Source: Anthoceros angustus (lineage: Eukaryota; Plantae; Anthocerotophyta). From it: a stretch of DNA of 64,000 nucleotides. Below, piece by piece: positions 61,876 through 64,000 of this stretch. The notes under the pieces are model-generated. The model searched no databases and was not told where the DNA came from. It was given only the letters and a program-made list of their open reading frames with translations. The position numbers and the translations under genes were made by a program. The stretch covers positions 1-64,000 of the forward strand of contig MU008223.1 in assembly GCA_010909165.1 (NCBI GenBank), written 5' to 3'. Position 1 is the stretch's first letter. The number at the start of each line of letters is the position of its first letter.

Positions 61876-64000
61876 TGGGCAGCGGAGGTGGGGTGCGACA
61901 CCCTACATGGGCACCTTGGGCAGCAAGCTTTCCAGATTAGGCAGAGGACGGTGGAAATGGTGCCATGGCAAGGAATGAACGGCCTACATCAAGTAGTTTC
62001 AATGTCACTACCAAGGGGCCATGTGAGCTTGGTGTGTAGGGAGTGGCACCTAGGCAAGCTTGTGAGGAATCGCGAGGAAGAGCTTGTGCATGCAAGGGGG
62101 CCAAGCTGCAAGGACGAGGTTGGTTCCGGAGGAAGCTAGGTATGGATGCTGTGAAGGGTTTTTGAAGGACAAGGAAACCCCAAGCTTATGAAGCACATGG
62201 TGGTAGTTTGGAGTGTGAGCTCGTTGCTGGAAATATTGGGCGTGGGATGGTGTGTGTGGAGGCTTGCAATAATTGTGGAGGGATGGAGTGCAAACCACGG
62301 GAAGAGCATGGGTCTCTTCTCCACCAAGCTTTAGATTTCATGATGTGGAGTGTGTGGCTCAGAGGAGCCAGCTGTGGAATAGTGCGGGAGCGACGTTGTG
62401 GAGTCAATGCTGAGGCAAGTGGAGGATTTATGGTAGATTGGTTAGGATTTGGAGTGAGAACTCTTAGGATTTTGGCGCGCAGCTCAGGCTGTTACTTATT
62501 GTTAAAATAGGGAGATTGGAGAGTTTTCTAGGCTGATTGTCATGATGACTGAAAGCAAGTGGGGTAGTGGTTTTAATGCTGGCTTTAGGCGGCTATTAGT
62601 TTATAGTGGTTGAGGAAGAGCGTAGTGGAAAAGTAAGGGGAGGTGTGGCCAAGGGAGGCCTTATGTATGAGCCCTATATAAGGGGCAGGTTTTGAGAAGA
62701 AAAATATCGCGTCTTGCGCTCCCAAACTCGCGAGTCCTTTGCTCCTTGTAAAGGAATTTCGTGCCGGCTACAAGCTAACGCATTGTCTGGTGGAGAGGGA
62801 GTTTGCGGTGGTCGGAGCGCTTGGCGGAGGGCTGGCTCCTTGCGAGTGCCTCTACAGGTTGCTCCCCTTGTGAATGGTTGCTGTAAAATTGCTTTGCTTT
62901 GGGTGTGTGGCGATGCCCATGGAACTCTCGGCTTGAGGGTAGACTACTGGGAAAGACTCCTCGGAGGTTCTCGCTGTCTGGTGCAAACTCATAGCAACCT
63001 GCCCAAGGAAGAACTTGCTAGCTTGTAGGCAGACCCCAGGCAGTTGTGCCATAAGGGCGAGCTAGGGCCAGTGAGCTTGAAGTAAGGTTAGATTAGGAGG
63101 ATGAGGAGTTGAGTTGAGGTGAGTGTTGAGGAGAATGTGGAGCTGAATGTTGAGTAGAGGAGTAGGTAGAGATTAGGAGTAAGAAGAAGGCCCAAGTCAG
63201 AGCCTAAGGGAGGGGTCCCAAAACTGCACCAAACCGAGGCTGGAAGCTGGGCTAAGGTCTCAAAATCACGGGGTGGAGAAGTCGCGCTGCGCCGTAGGGG
63301 TCCCTATGTGCGTAGGCGATGGACCTACCGCCGTAGGGTGGGACCTACGACTGTAGGATGTCGTTGTAGGTCCAGGACCGGAGATCTGACGGAGCAGTGC
63401 GGAGGTGTCGTGGCTGCTGCTAGTGTGGAGTTTTGTGGGCGCCAGGTTGTAGTTGGAGCGCCATGGCCTGGAAGTTGGAGAGGCCTTGAACTAGGGCGAG
63501 GTAACCTATGCTGCGCCGCCAGGTGCGACCCTACCGGTGGTAGGATGCGCCCCTGCGTGCGTTGGGATAGGGTGTCTCCTCCCCACGTAGGAATGAGGGT
63601 GTGCTGGCCCACCAGTGCACTAGATCTCCTACAACTCTCCTACAAGTGGTAGGAGGGGTAGGCCCTACAATTGTTTGTTGTTGGTTGTAGGTCCTGAGGC
63701 GGCGATTACGGGCGAGCGGGAGCGGCCGCGCCGAGTTGGTGGTTGAGGATGTATTGTGGGAAGGCAATGGGAAAGGAATAGTGGAAGATCACGGGTGGTG
63801 AAGTCACGTTGCAACGAGGGGTCCCTATGTGTGTGTAGCCTGACCTCGCCGTGGGGTGTGGACCTATAGTCATAGGGTGTCGTTGTAGGTCCGAAGTGGT
63901 GATAAACGGGCAGCACGGTGAGGCGTGGTTCTCTGTGGAGTGAGTTGAGGTTGCTCCAGGTTGTATGAGGGAGCTTGGGGTGTGAAGAGGTGTGTGGTTT

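Larger units (their letters stand above)
42601..64000 (+). repeat. Large direct (segmental) duplication, copy 2 (runs off the window)
   Basis: Colinear with 1932-25640. Lacks the 6-kb copia insertion and carries its own internal tandem duplications. Confidence 0.9.

Overview
Repeat-dense eukaryotic DNA from a land plant (CCCTAAA telomere repeats, a PLS-type PPR fragment, Ty1/copia elements primed by tRNA-iMet; a seed-free plant such as a fern is my inference). The assembly is error-rich: indels and substitutions cluster at CAG/CTG, there is an N at 35420, and there are many local tandem duplications, so nearly all ORFs are frameshifted. The window is dominated by a large direct duplication (about 1932-25640 vs 42601-64000) of nested retroelements. 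The main non-transposon content is a multicopy, apparently intron-containing gene combining a ParB/Srx-like domain with a prokaryote-type beta-class amino (N6-adenine/N4-cytosine) DNA methyltransferase. It has an upstream iteron-like GTTTTGAAAC array and palindromic hairpin arrays in its introns. Copy 1 is interrupted by a full-length copia element with a 5-bp TSD. Several copia LTRs have non-canonical termini (5'-AG...CT-3', 5'-TA...AA-3', 5'-TA...TA-3'). No intact host housekeeping gene, rRNA, tRNA or CRISPR array is supported.
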